Positions 11,460 through 24,619 of a stretch of 64,000 nucleotides of DNA are shown piece after piece; the stretch's first letter is position 1; every line of letters starts with the position of its first letter. The notes beneath the pieces are model-generated. The model was not told where the DNA came from and made no database searches. It saw only the letters and a program-made list of their open reading frames with translations. Location: positions 12,960,001-13,024,000 of the forward strand of contig NC_086118.1 of assembly GCF_963921235.1 (NCBI RefSeq), written 5' to 3'. The position numbers were made by a program, and so were the translations under genes. This stretch comes from Mobula hypostoma. Lineage: Eukaryota.

Positions 11460-12830
11460 AATAAGAGAGGGGCGATATTTAAGAAAATACTGCAGTGTCT
11501 GATCAACAGGAGGAGCTCAATATTTATGGATTGGGAATTAATTCATGGCCAAAAAGAATGGAATAAACTGAGCCTTCTTAAGGTATCAGGCTACGACTGG
11601 TAGGGCACTGTAGGGATTGGTGGTTGGGTCCTGGCTATTCACAAATTAACAGCTCTTTTGAGAAGATGAACCACTGTATCTCCAAGTTGGACAATGATAC
11701 TAAATCAGGTGAGATTGAGTATGAAGAATACACACAATGTGCTGGAGGAGCTCAGGAGGTCAGGCTGCATCTATGGATGGGAATATACAGTTGACATTTT
11801 GGGCCAACATCCTTCATCAGGACTGGAAAGGAAGGGGGAAGAACTCAAAATAAGAAGGTTGTGGGAGGAGAGAAAGAAGTTACAAGGTGGCAGATGATGG
11901 TTGAAACTGGGGAGGAGGGAGATAAGTAAACAGCTAGGAGGTTGATTGGTGATAGAGATAGGGGGAAATCTAATAGGAGAGGACAGAAGGACCACAGGGC
12001 AAAGGGAAGGTGGAGAAGCAGCAGGGAGAGGTGATGGGCAGGTATGAATAGAAGGTGTGGGAGGGAAGCAAGAATGAGGAATGGTGAGGGGGGGGGGAGT
12101 CAATTACCAGAAGTTTGTGAAAAAGGATGTAAAAAGGTTTCTAACAGATATAGATATGATGAGTGAATGGGTGAGTATATGGCAGATGGGATACATGGAC
12201 AAATATGTGATTGTCCACATAACTAAATATATATATATTTTTTTTAAATAGTGAGAGCATGGTTAGTGTAGATGCTCAAATTGTCCCAACATATAAAAAG
12301 CAATTAGGAAGGGAAATTGTCTTTATTATGAAAGGAGAAAGGCAGACTTACGATAGTTTTGTTGGACCTTTGTTAGACTACACCGGGAATTCCCTGCCCA
12401 GTTTTGATCTCCTTCCTTAGTACAGAGTGAATACAGTGAAAATTTGCTGGACTTGTTCTAGAGATGACTGGTTTGCCATATAACAATAGAATGAGTAGAT
12501 TGGGATTAATTTCTCCTGAGATTAGCAGAATGAGGGATCTCACCAAAAAAATTACAAAATTCTTACATGCAAGATGCAGGAAGACTGTTTTACTGGCTGA
12601 CAAGTCTGGAACATAAAGGGTCATCCATTAGGGATTGAGATGAGGAGAAATTACTTCATGGTGCTACTTTGGAATTCACTATCCTGGAGAGTTTGAAGAC
12701 GAGGTCTTTAATATAGTAATCTATAGATTTCTGGATATTAAAGGAAATAAGGGATATAGGGATTGTGCAGGGAAATGGCACTGTAATGAACAATAGATCA
12801 GGGCAAAAGGATAAATAATTCTTCCTCCTA
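11460..12830 (+). mobile_element. Old CR1 RT/3' fragment, interrupted by a Penelope repeat
   Basis: Decayed CR1 RT motifs (SKL-DDTK-G, EW---WQM, VRP-LDY) on both sides of the 11725-12117 insertion. Confidence 0.65.
11725..12117 (-). mobile_element. Penelope-like 3' end (pLTR) with decayed hammerhead
   Basis: Minus strand: ...AACTTCTGGTAA (end of ORF), pyrimidine-rich UTR, CAGTCCTGATGAAGGATGTTGGCCCAAAATGTCAACTG, family tail. Confidence 0.75.
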
Positions 12831-13609
12831 TATCTGATGTCATTATCTTCATATGACACTATTGTGGAAAGTACACTGTTCATGAATTTGCAGATATAAC
12901 TAACCATATAATGTTCTCTGATAAGTAAATTCCTTTCATCTTGCTTCATTGGTCATGAATCCATTCTACAGCTGACACTATCTCAAGGCTTTCAATTATA
13001 ATTCATAATTTCTGTAGGTGAGACAGATCTTTACATTTCTAAAACACAATGTAACATGCTTTGTGCCTTGACTGAACAGGTCTTGGAATGTTGTTGATAA
13101 AGAGGATCTCTAGTATTCACTCATCAAAACTGTAATCAAATTCTTCGATATGAGAGGGGAGGATAAGTGAGATAAAATCTGGCAACATTTAAGTCTTAAG
13201 AAGAAAATGACTACTTGTAAATGAATGGAGTGATTATTAGGTTTGTGTTGAGCAATTGTACTTGCTTCGTTGCTAAATTTGCTGCTCTATAATTTGATAA
13301 ATCACAGAATTATTTAGCGTTCAGTTATCTGATGCAACTGAAAAATGACCGAGTAGATATTGGCACTGATTACAAACAATATTAGGTTGTCTTTCCCATC
13401 ATCCTGATAACTGAGCTTGTGAACTGCAGGAAGCAGTGGCGATGAGTAAACTGAGCCTCCATCAAATTGCTTGAGCAAATGTAAACTGATCAAGGCAGCT
13501 TGAAAATAATAAGGAGAAATACAATTTTTTTTAAAAGTGGTTATGGGTCAGCGAGTTAGTATTCAACAGCAAGAGTGTCTCGTTGCATTGCATGTAAAAT
13601 TAAACAAAG

Positions 13610-14020
13610 CATTGTGGTGATAATCAGCAGGTCCGACGGTGTCTGTGGAAACAGAAATAGTGCCAGGGATTCAGCTGGAAACTCCAAAAGGACCACAACT
13701 TTGCCGTAGGATTAGGAGGCTTGCAAGCGTCAATGACCCGGAGAGCTACTGTATGCTGGCTAGAGTCAGGGCCTTGACCTTTGGCTCTTGGTCCATGCCA
13801 AGTAGGTCAAAGGGTAGAGACAGACTAAGAGTGGCCCACCAGTTCCCCAGGTTCGAGGTTTCAGCTCAGGGCTAACAACCTTGACTAGTCAAAAAAAACT
13901 GTTCTGGAAACAGCAATGAAGAATCCTTCTTCATCTGTGTGCAATGGTATGGAGCGACAGAGCTGGAGGACCTTCACTGCTGTCTTAAACATCAGCAGCA
14001 TAATAGTCAGTAAGTCAGTT
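13610..14020 (+). mobile_element. Non-autonomous RTE-derived element (5' UTR plus 3' tail)
   Basis: RTE-like 5' UTR (GGAGGCTTG..CAATGACCCGGAGAGCTA...AGGTCAAAGGGTAGAG...GGGCTAACAACC) joined to GGAGGACCTTCACTGCTGTCTTA and a TAAGT-type tail. Confidence 0.55.
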
Positions 14021-15217
14021 TAGGTGAAAGACATTCATCATAACCGAGGGAAGCTGGAAATCAAGTGAGCTTTAAGTTGTGGTGAAGGAGGAAGGGTAGA
14101 GGGAACAAAAGAAATCTGGTGTAACGGGATTTCTGTATGTTCCTAAGTTCCCATTTTTGAAATGTGTTATCAGCTTAAGAAACAATGACTGCAATGTAAA
14201 AAGTGATAATGCCTACAGTCCTCCTGGTGCCTGGAATTGGGCAGTGTTCTGCTTATATCTGTATTGCCACCAGTGGCTGAAAACTACATAGTCAGAACTT
14301 CCGACATGACCACTCCTAAAGGCAAACTTCCAGGCAGTTCTTGAAGCACAAGGGGTTTCTGCATTGCCTGCACATGCTGATCAACTGCTGCAGGCTCTTC
14401 CATCATTGGGACTGGCGCTCTGCCTGAAATAGCTGCTACGAGTCTTGATTCTGTGAAGCATTTTGGTTCACAGCAGTCCATGCTGTGTCGGTAATACTGA
14501 ATAACCCTCTGATCAAACTGATGCAAGCACTTTGTTTTGATTTTAATTGTAACTTCGAAAATCGGTCTCTTTCCTGTGCATATGACTGGAGGCATCGAGG
14601 CAAACAGCTTTCTCAACTGCTTTCTGGTTCCCATACCTTTGAAAACCTAACATACTATTTTCTTCTCTTCAACATATTTCAGCATTACTGCTGGTGGCTG
14701 GTAAAAAGACCCTTACCAGGAAATGGTTATCACAGGAGAGCCCAACGTTAAATGTATGGATGGAAATTACAATGGACAATTAGAAAATGGGAAAGATAAC
14801 AGCATCTGTTAATTATAAGCTGGAACAATTTTATTCATAGTAGAAAAAAAGGTTTAACTACATAACACTTTATAGGGCTGATTTTATTCTCACAAGTCAA
14901 TGATCACTCCCTACTCTGTACAGAGTTTTCTCCTTTCGATTGTTTTTTCTTTCCTCTCCTTTCTATAAATGTATACCTCAGATGAATAGATGCCTGCTCA
15001 CTTTTGAATAATACTCTGATCCTTTACTCTTACCTAAGAGATGCTACTCAGCATGTGATGCTCCCTCAGTAACCTTGCTTCTAGTCATCTGCTGAGTGGG
15101 ATTTAAATGCACGAAGCTCTGACGTTGAGTCATTCAGCATAGAAACAGGCCACTACATTCATCCTGACCTTTCTTCCATTGATGCTAATCCTATTTGCCG
15201 GAAGTAGGACTGTATTC

Positions 15218-17400
15218 CATAAGAACCATAAGACATGGGAGTAGAATTAGGCCATTCAGCCCATCAAGTCTGCTCCAGCATTTGATCATGGCTGGTCCAC
15301 TTCCCACTCAACCCCATTCTCTTGCCTTCTCCCCGTAACTTATCACACACTGACTGATCAAGAATCTATCAACCTCTACCTTATACTTATTGACCTGGCC
15401 TCCACTGCTGCCTGTGGCACCGGATTCTGCAGATCACTACCCTATGGCTAAAGAAAATCCTTCTCATTTCTGTTTCAAATGGATGTCCTTCTTTTCTGAG
15501 GTTGTGCCCTCTGGCCCCAGACTCCCTCACTATAGAAAACATCCTCTCCACATCCACTCTATCAACATATTTCAGATTTCAATGTACAGTCGGTTTCAAC
15601 GAGATCCTCAACCATTCTTCTCAATTCCAGTGAGTACAGGTCCAGAGACATCCGATACTCCTCATATGTAAGCCTTTCATTCCCTGAATCATTTTTGTGA
15701 ACCTTGTCTGAACCCTCTCCTTTGTCAGCACGTTTCTTAAATGAGGGACCCAAAACTGCTCACAATACTCCAAGTGAGGCCTCATCAGTTCCTTTTAAAA
15801 CATCAGCATTACATCCTTGTTTTTACATTCTTGTTCTCTCAAAATGAACGCTACCATTATATTTTCCTGCCTCACCATTGACTCATCCTGCAAGTTAACC
15901 TTTAGGGTATTTTGCACCAAGACTCCCAAACCCTTTGGAGCTCAGATTTAAAAAAAAATTCTCCCCATTTAGAATATAATCCATGCTTTTATTCCTTCTA
16001 GGAAAGTGCATGACCATAGACTTTCTGACACTGGATTCCACCTTGCATTTCTTTGCCCGTTCTCCTAACGTAAGTCCTTCTGCAGCCTCCCTGCTTCCTC
16101 AATATTCCCTGCGGCTCCGCCTATCTACACATACTTGACAACAAAGCCATGCACTCTGTCATCTAAGTCATTAACCTTCAACGTACGAAGAAGCTGTGTC
16201 CACACTGACCCCTGTGGAACACTACTAGTTAATGGCAGCCAAACAGAAAAGGCTCCCTTTCTTACCAGTCTTTGCCTCCTGCCAATCAGCTAGTGTTCTA
16301 TCCATGCTCGTACTCTCCTGTAATACCATGGGATCTTCACTTGCTAAACACCCTTCTGTGCAACACCTTATCAAAGGCTTTCTGAAAATCTAAGTACGCA
16401 ACATTGACTGGTACTCCTTTGTCTATCCTGTTCATTATTTATTCAAAGAACTCCAACAGACTTGTCAGGCAAAATTTTCCCCTGACCTTGGCCTATTTTA
16501 TCATGTACCTCCAAGAACCCCGAAATCTCATTCTTAACAATCAACGTCAACATCTTCCCAATCACTGAGGTCGGGCTAACTGGCCTATAATTCCCTTTCT
16601 TCTGCCTCATTTCCTTCTTGAAGTATGGAGTGACATTCACAATTTTCCAGTCCTCTGAAAAAATGCCAGAAACCATTGATTCTTGAAAAATCATTACTAA
16701 TGCCTCCACAATCTCCTGAGCTCCTCTTTTTCAGAACCCTGGGATATAGGCCATCTGGTCCAAGTGACCCATCTATCTTCAGACCATTCAGTTTGCCAAG
16801 CACCTTCTCTCTAGTAATAAGAACTCCCCCTGATCCACTTGAACGTCTGGCATACTATCAGTGTTTTCCACAGTAAAGACTGATGCAAAATTCTTAATTC
16901 AGTTCATCTGTCATTTCCTTGTCCCCATTGTTATCTCTCCAGTGTCATTTTCCAGTGGTTTAATATCTACTCTCATCTCTCTTTTACTCTTTATTTATCT
17001 GAAAAAATCTTTGGTATCCTCTTTGAAATTATTAGCTAGCTTATGTTCATATTTCATCTTTTCCCTCCTTGTGGCTTTTTAGTTGCCTTCTGCTGGTTTT
17101 TAAAAGCTTCCAAATCCTCTAACTTCCCACTAGTTATTGCTCTATTATATTGCCCTATCTTTTGCCTATATATTGGCATTGACTTCCCTTGTCAGTGATA
17201 GTTGCATCATGCTGGCTTTAGAATACTGCTTTCGAATATATCTAACCTCCACCTTTCGAATTGATCAGAGAAACTCCAGCCATTTCTGCTTTTCCATCAT
17301 CTTTGCTAGAGTCCACTTCTAATCAACTTTGGCCATCTCCTCTTCCGTGCCTCTGTAATTTGCTTTACCCCACTGTAATATTGATATATTTGACTTTATC
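15218..17400 (-). mobile_element. CR1 LINE ORF2 fragment with 3' end
   Basis: GPDGLYPRVLK, EDWKIVNVTP, GNYRPVS and later CR1 C-terminal sequence. Tail reads CATAAGAACCATAAGA on the + strand. Many frameshifts. Confidence 0.9.
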
Positions 17401-17947
17401 TCCACCCTCTTTTTATATATTCTCTATGCATGATCTCTTTAAGTTCCTCTCTAAATGTCTCATAAATGTAATTATTATATCTGACTCTATTATCTCTTCT
17501 ATCATTTTAAGATGTTAACCACACTCTCTCAAAAATTTCCCTCTAAAATCTCCTTTAAAACTCCTTTCTCTCACCTAACCATTCTCTTCTGTTACCAATG
17601 TCAAAAGATTCTGAATATATTCCCTATCTCTGCCTCTGATAATTTGATATTAGTATATCAGATCACCCCTCAGCCTCCTTCAAGGCAGGGTAACAAGCCC
17701 AGCCTATTAATCTCTCCTCATATCTAAAGACCTCCAATCCAGCAATATCCTGGCGAGTGCCTTCTGAATTTTCTCTAGATCAACCACTATCTCCCTATAT
17801 TGTGGTGACCAGCAAAGCATACAATAAAGACTAATCTGTGTTTCATAAAGGTACAACATAAACTCCTAGCTTTTATTTTCTGTGCTCCAACCTATGAAAC
17901 ACCTTAATTACATACCCTAAACTATCTTCATCACCCGATTGACCTAT

Positions 17948-19560
17948 ATTCAAAGATTCAAAGTATACTCATTACACTGGACAACAAGTTTTTTTGCAAG
18001 TGTTGCTTCCTCAGAATTTTTTCTTGTTTACAATACACCACTTGAAGCTGAACACAAATATAATTTCAGACTCCTTGTATAACATAGAAATTCGGAGAAA
18101 CAAGAAAATTAATTTTTACTGAATATAACGTGTTTAACTGTATAACGGTGCTGATGCTTTGCAATAGTTCAACTAAAAATGTTTTGTTGATGATTTTCAT
18201 TTGTACTCAGTGTCTGAGGCTTCTTCCTTAAGTGGCCAACAATAATCAGCCAGCATTGATGGATTCCAATTGCCCTGGTACCATTTCTCTATGACCGAAA
18301 TGTCTTGGCGAAAACTTTCACCATGTTCACCAGTGACAGTGCCAAGACTTACAGAGAAGAAGTCTAAATTCGAATGCAGAAAATAAATCTTTAGTGACAT
18401 GTTGTACTTCATGGCTTTGTATGCTTGAAGCATGTTGTCAACCAGATGCACATAGTTTGGTGCTCTGTAGGTGCCAAGAAATTTTTTTAGCAACATCCCT
18501 AAATGCCTTCCATGTGATTTTCTCCGGTCCCACTAGAAGTTCTTCGAATTGCCTGTCATTGATGACCCATGTGATTTGTGGACCAATAAAAGAAGTGTCT
18601 TCCTTAATCTTGGCATCAGTTATTCTGACTTGAATTATGAATTGAAAAAACAAATATAGGCAATTTCAAAAAAATGGTGCGTGATAGAGAAATTTCATGG
18701 TGATTTTTATGAACAGCTGCCCAAAAGCCTTAAAAGACACTCAGCAGTATTCAAGAAGTAAAATATTTGTTGTCAAAGTACGTATGCAGCATAAAACCCT
18801 GAAATTCTTCTTCCCACAGAGTCACGAAACAAAGAAGAAGCAGGGGAACCAACCCGTTCAATGCAAAGTATCAAACATCAACCCTCCCCAAACATGCAGA
18901 AAAATCACACCAACGGTAATGAAAAATTAAGCAAAAACACAGAATGTAAAACATAAAATCAGAAGTCCTATTTCAGTTCAGTTCAGCTCAGTGTTCATTA
19001 GGCAGCCCTGATTCAAAAATTGCCCAAAAGTAGTAAAAATCAGAGTGACCAGAACTAGAATACATCATAAATTCTGAATTAGAGTCCAAATCTATAACCT
19101 GCATCAATTAAACCTTGCTCTGGCACCATCTGATGATAGCATCGACAGAGAGAGAGATCACTCAAGCCCAAGGACCCTCCTTTGGGAGCAGTGAGCGAGA
19201 GGCTGGTAGGCAGTGTTGAACACTTGCTCACCTCTGCACCTGCCTTGATGATTGCAATCTTCCTCAGTGCTTTAATCAGTGAGATTAGCGAGAGATGGAG
19301 TCATTCATGGGCCCATGCCCCATCTCCTAGCTTCCTGGCCTCCAAACCACACACTTTGGCTGCAGCTTTATGGACAGAAAAGCACCACATCACCCAGTCA
19401 GCTGAAAATCACACCACCAGAGTATAGATAACAGGCTTTAACAGCAACAGAACCACATCTCAATTAGAAAGAAGATGTAAACGAAGTGAAAGCGATTGCT
19501 TTGTGAACCACCTTGAGGATGTCGCCTTTAGTAGCATTGTTCGCTGGCACCATCTTCTTC
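17948..19560 (-). mobile_element. Non-autonomous LINE derivative hosting the Chapaev3-like insertion
   Basis: Tail CAAAGATTCAAAGTATACTCATTA resumes as TCAAAGTACGTATGCAG after 18774. The 5' end GAAGATGGTGCCAGCGAAC.. resembles the end at ~7000. Confidence 0.55.
17975..18774 (-). mobile_element. Chapaev3-like (CMC superfamily) DNA transposon, internally deleted
   Basis: Transposase C-terminus KIKE..FIGPQI...NMSLKIYFLHSNLDFF...GEHGESFRQDI...YQG...MLADYCW. Terminus TTA|CACTGGACAACAA; the opposite end TTGTTGTC is clipped. Confidence 0.7.
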
Positions 19561-21239
19561 CATTTGAAGCATCGAGAGGAAATCTTCAAGAATCTATGGA
19601 CTTGAACCCTGTTAGTCATCATTCCTTAGCATTCTACCATTTACTCCATAGAAACAGCTGAGCTGCAACTGACACTGCAGCTGAAATGGTAATATGGATC
19701 TGAGGTCAGACTGGTTAAAACTACCCAGCACATTGACATATTACTGACATTAAGACCTAACTTTAGAGCCAAGGAGGTGCTGTAAAATCTTCAGCTATGT
19801 TTTAGGCTCTGAGTTAGTATGCAAGCTGATTATAAATTGATATTGGACCCTTTCGGACTGTAGTTATGAAGAGAGCTCTATTTGACCACACTCCTCCTAT
19901 GTCATGGTGCCTCTGCTTCATTGAGTTCTGTATCATTAGAGACACTGAATAGCTTGATGCATCATCTACCGGTTTAAGACTGACACCTTGGTTTCTCTTC
20001 AGAAGTCAGCAAATTAAATACATTTTAACCAAAGGGGACAGTTGACCAATAGCATAAAGACTTAAAAACTGTCAGAACACTCACCTAATTTCACCCTGCC
20101 AAGCAGTAGCAACAGAACAGAGAAACTTTGGGGTCAACCTCTGTCATCACTACACAGCAGAAAGGAGCACCTTGTCAATGTATCACTGTTTTATTCTATC
20201 AAAGTCAACATTAATGATGTGCTTGACACAGCAATAAGCATTCAAAAGTAAGTTCTAAACTCTTGAAGGAGCTCTACTTTGCAGTACCTAAAGGCTAAAT
20301 ATCTGTACTACAGAACATCAGAGAGATTTGCCACTTAAGCTATTGGGTGCTTATCTTCTGAATCTGACAGTTAATGATGTAACCCTGGCAGCTGCTGTTT
20401 AAAGTGTTTCATTTTTAAAAGCTTTGTCTATCCAGTGGTCTAGTCTCCAATCCCCACAGTATGAAGATCAAAGCTCAGGATAGCAACCTATATCTTACTC
20501 TAGATTTCATCAGCTGAGTCTCGAGATGGGCTTCATAAATTCAAGCTCTTTCTCCAGACAAAGTAAGGTTTGTGAGGGAGCACAAAAGCATACAATTTGT
20601 TCTGAAACCTGGTCAGGCTTTCTGCATCACCCTGGGAATTTGCAGTGTAACAAACTAAAGCCAGCTGTTATTTTGAGGAGATACCTGAGGCTGCACTGCA
20701 AGTGATGGATCTAACTGGAGTCCCATGTGGATTGGAGAATCAGGCCTACAGCACTAAATCCTCACTCCAGTTACACACTGATGTGTAACAAACACTAAGC
20801 TCTAACACTGAGACATCTGTGAGATGGATTGGAGATTGGCCTGTGGTTTTATGAGTAGCTAAATATATGCTATCCTAACTAACAATGACCCAGTTAACTT
20901 TTCAGAGAAAATAAGGAAGAAAACAAAGTTTTTACTATTGAAAAATGAGAGGTAAACATCTGAGGATTTGAACTGGTGTAAATGACACCATCAGCTCTAC
21001 CAGTAGTAAGGGCCTTACAACTTTAACAGTAGGATTGAAATAAATTTGATTGCACTTATAAGTTCAATAATTTTGAAACATTTTGATTTTAATCTCGAGC
21101 TCAAATCAATTGATTATTTGAAAACATGCCTGTGTAATGATTTTCAATTTTGAGGCGATTGTAGAGCGGTCATTCGCTGGTGATTGCACAGAACTCAATT
21201 TCATTCCCATTTCCTCAGCCCATACCTGTATAGATCAAA

Positions 21240-22812
21240 AGGATGTGCTGGAGCTTTTGGAAAGCATCAAGTTGTATAAGTCACTGGGACTGGAGAGCTG
21301 TACCCCAGGCTACTGCGGGAAGCGAGAGAGGAGATTGCTGAGCCTCTGGCGATGATCTTTGCATCATTTATGAGGACGAGAGAGGTTTCTGAAGATTGGA
21401 AGGTTGTGGATGTTGTTTCCTTATTCAAGAAAAGGAGTAGGGATATCCCAGGAAATTATACACCAGAGAGTCTTACCTCAGTGGTTGATAAGCTGATGGA
21501 GAAGATCCTGAGAGGAAGGATTTATGAACATTTGGAGAAGCTTCATATGATTAGGAATAGTCAGCATGGTTTTGTCAAAGGCAGATCATGCCTTACGAGC
21601 CTGATTGAATTTTTTGAGGGTGTGACTAAACACATTAATGGAGGTTCAGCCATAGATGTAGTGCATATGAATTTCAGCAAGGCATTTGATAAGGTACCCA
21701 ATGCAAGGCTTTTTGAGAAAGTAGGAAGGCATAGGATGCAAGGGGACATTGCTTTGTGGATCCAGAACTGGCTTGGCCACAGAAGGCAAAGAGTGGTTGT
21801 AGATGGGGCATATTCTGTATGGAGGTCGGTGACCAGTGGTGTGCCTCAGGGATCTGTTCTGGGACCCCTACTCTTTGTGATGTTTATAAATGACCTGGAT
21901 GAGGAAGTGGAAGGATGGGTTAGTAAATTTGCTGATGACACAAAGGTTGGGGGTTTTGTAGATAGTGTGGAGGGCTGTCAGAGGTTACAGCGGGACATTA
22001 ATAGGATGCAAAACTGGGCTGAGAAGTAGCAGATGGAGTTCAACCCAGATAAGTATGAGGTGGTTCATTTTGGTAGGTCAAATATGATGGCAGAATATAG
22101 TATTAATGGTAAGACTCCTGGCAGTGTGGAAGATCAGAGGGATCTTGGGGTCCGAGTCCAAAGGACACTCAAAGCTGCTGTGCAGGTTGACTCTGTGGTT
22201 AAGAAAGCATATGGTGCATTGGCCTTCATCAATTGTGGGATTAAGTTTAGGAGCTGAGAAGTAATGTTGCAGCTATATAGGACACTGGTCAGACCCCACT
22301 TGGAGTACTGTGCTCAATTCTGGTCGTCTCACTACAGGGAGGCCGTGGAAACCATAGAAAGGGTGCAGAGGAGATTTACAAGGATATTGCCTGGATCGGG
22401 GAGCATGCCTTATGAGAATAGGTTGAGTGAACTTGGCCTTTTCTCCTTGGAGCGACGGAGGATGAGAGGTGACCTGACAGAGGTGTACAAGATAATGAGA
22501 GATATTGATTGTGTGGATAGTCAGAGGCTTTTTCACAGGGCTGAAATGGCTTGCACGAGAGGGCACAGTTTTAAGGTGCTTGGAAGCAGATACAGAAGAG
22601 ATCTCAGGAATAATTTTTCTACGCAGAGAGTGGTGAGTGTGTGGAATGGGCTGCTGGCGACAGTGATGGAGGCGGAAATGATTGGGTCTTTTCAGAGACT
22701 CCTGGATAGGTACATGGAGCTTAGAAAAGGGTAAAAACATGTCAAGGGTAGGGACATGTTTAGCACAGCTTTGTGGGCAATTGTGCTGTAGGTTTTCAAT
22801 GTTTCTATGTTA
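21240..22812 (+). mobile_element. Young 5'-truncated CR1 LINE (RT and C-terminus)
   Basis: ORFs at 21352, 22033 and 22264 share one frame broken only by two stops. Motifs [54 protein letters not shown]-type tail. Confidence 0.95.
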
Positions 22813-22964
22813 AAATCTAGAAAACATTCAGGTATAGGCTGATAAGTGGAAAGTAACATCTGCAACACAAGTTGCAAGGAAGTAGCCTTCTTCAGTGAGA
22901 GTCTCTGACCACCTATCCAAGACATCCATTGGCAATTTCATTGCTGAGTCTTCTACCACTGATA

Positions 22965-23580
22965 TTAGATTACGTTAATTATTGTCATATCGACCAGGGT
23001 AAGATGATATTCCTTACTTGCATGAAGGTCATAATGTAAACAGTCCAGATGGAAATAATAAATACAACAACAAATGTAGCAACAAGGTGCCAAAAAAGCA
23101 ATGTTGCAATTGTACAAAACAAAATGCTGAAGTAACAATATTGGATTAACCACAGAGAGGTAGAATTAAAGAGCCCCAGAACATGGCAGCACCACTGGGA
23201 AAGGGATATGAAGGAAGTGATTGGTTCAGAAGTCTGTGGGGAATAAGCTGTTCCTGAGTCTGGCTTTCAAGCTCCTGTATCTGCACCCAGAAGATAGAAG
23301 GAAAAAAAGGGATTGGCCATGGTGTTTGGCGTCTTTGACAATATAATTCGTACCATGACCGTTGACCAGAAATTCAACTGGCCCATTCATATAAGTACAG
23401 AAACTAAAAGAGCAGGTCAGACACTGATTCTCCTGCAGTGAATAAATTACCTCCTGACACCCCACTGTTAGTCCACTATCTAAAGGTGATCATGATGGAA
23501 CACACCTATCTACCTGGTTGAATACAACACCAACTGTCAGGAAGCCTGACACTCTCCAAAACACAGCACCCCATTTGATA
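22965..23580 (-). mobile_element. Rex1/Babar LINE fragments
   Basis: HHGQSLFFLLSSGCRYRSLKARLRNSLFP C-terminal motif, plus fragments of a CR1-like endonuclease tail. Confidence 0.55.
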
Positions 23581-23594
23581 GGTACTTCATCAAA

Positions 23595-24400
23595 GGTGAC
23601 TAGATGAGAAGGGGAACAAACTAGACTGAGATACAGGAAGTCAGCTGGCAGAGGACTGGAGAAGAAGGAATTTGATAGGAGAGGAGGATGAACCATGGGA
23701 GAAAGGAAGAAGGAGGTGCACCAGAAGAAGAGAGAGTTGGGTGAGAAAAACAGGTCAGAGGCAACCCCTCACTTGTGTATCTGTTGGGGTTATCTATTGC
23801 ATGTGATGCTCCTGATGTGGTCTCCTCTACATTGGTAACTTGACATAGATTGGGGGACAGCTTTGTTCCATCTGTAGAGAGTGGTATATCCTGGTGGTCA
23901 ATCATTTTAATTACAATCCCAATTCCCTTTCCAACATATTGGTCCATGGCCTTCTCTTCTGCCATATTCAGGCTACTCTCAGGGTGAAGGACAGCACTTC
24001 ATATTCCATGTAGATAGCTTCCACCTGATAGCATGACCTTCTATTTCTCCCCCTTCCCTCTTTTTCATTTCCCTACTCTGGCATCTTACCTCTTCTCCTC
24101 ACCTGCTTTTTCTGTTTCTCCCATGGTTCACTCTCCTCTCCTATCAGACTCCTTCTTCTCCAACCCTTCACCTTTCCCACCCACCTGACTTCACCTGGAA
24201 CATTCCAGCTTGCACTCCTTCCCGTCCCACATTGTTTATTCTGGCATCAAACTTTTCCAGCCTTGATAAAGGGTCTTGGCCCAAGTCAGGAACTACTTAT
24301 TTATTTTCATAGATGCTCCTTCACCTGCTGAATTCCTCCAGCAATTGTTTTTTTGTGTGTTGCTCAGGATTTCAAGCATCTGCAAATTTCTTGTGCTTCT
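23595..24400 (+). mobile_element. Penelope-like element: inverted pLTR piece, GIY-YIG endonuclease remnant and 3' pLTR
   Basis: From 23770: TCVSVGVIYCM*CS*CGLLYIG (GIY-YIG). 23595-23765 is an inverted copy of the 3' UTR. Decayed hammerhead near 24258. Confidence 0.85.
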
Positions 24401-24619
24401 TATGACAAACCTACCTACGTTTGCAGAGTGAAATATGAAAAGTACACTTTGTGATTTTAGGCCACAGCTTACTGGCAATTACTGTGAATCTGCTGCTCAA
24501 TTTCAGCATGAAGGAATCAATTCAATTTGTTCTACATACAGTGGCCACTTTATTAAGAAGAGCAGGTACCAAATAAAGATCTCAGCTGCCTGTAGTTTAT
24601 TTCTACAAGAATGAATGTG

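Noticed and set aside
14485..14751. MAM-domain-like CNFE..C..W in a + strand ORF
   Set aside because: Only a few residues match, the rest of the domain is absent, and there are no supporting splice sites.
20771..20790. Short hairpins (GTTACACA-ctga-TGTGTAAC; similar near 39165-39190 and 47278-47300)
   Set aside because: 8-9 bp stems are expected by chance in 64 kb and have no supporting context.
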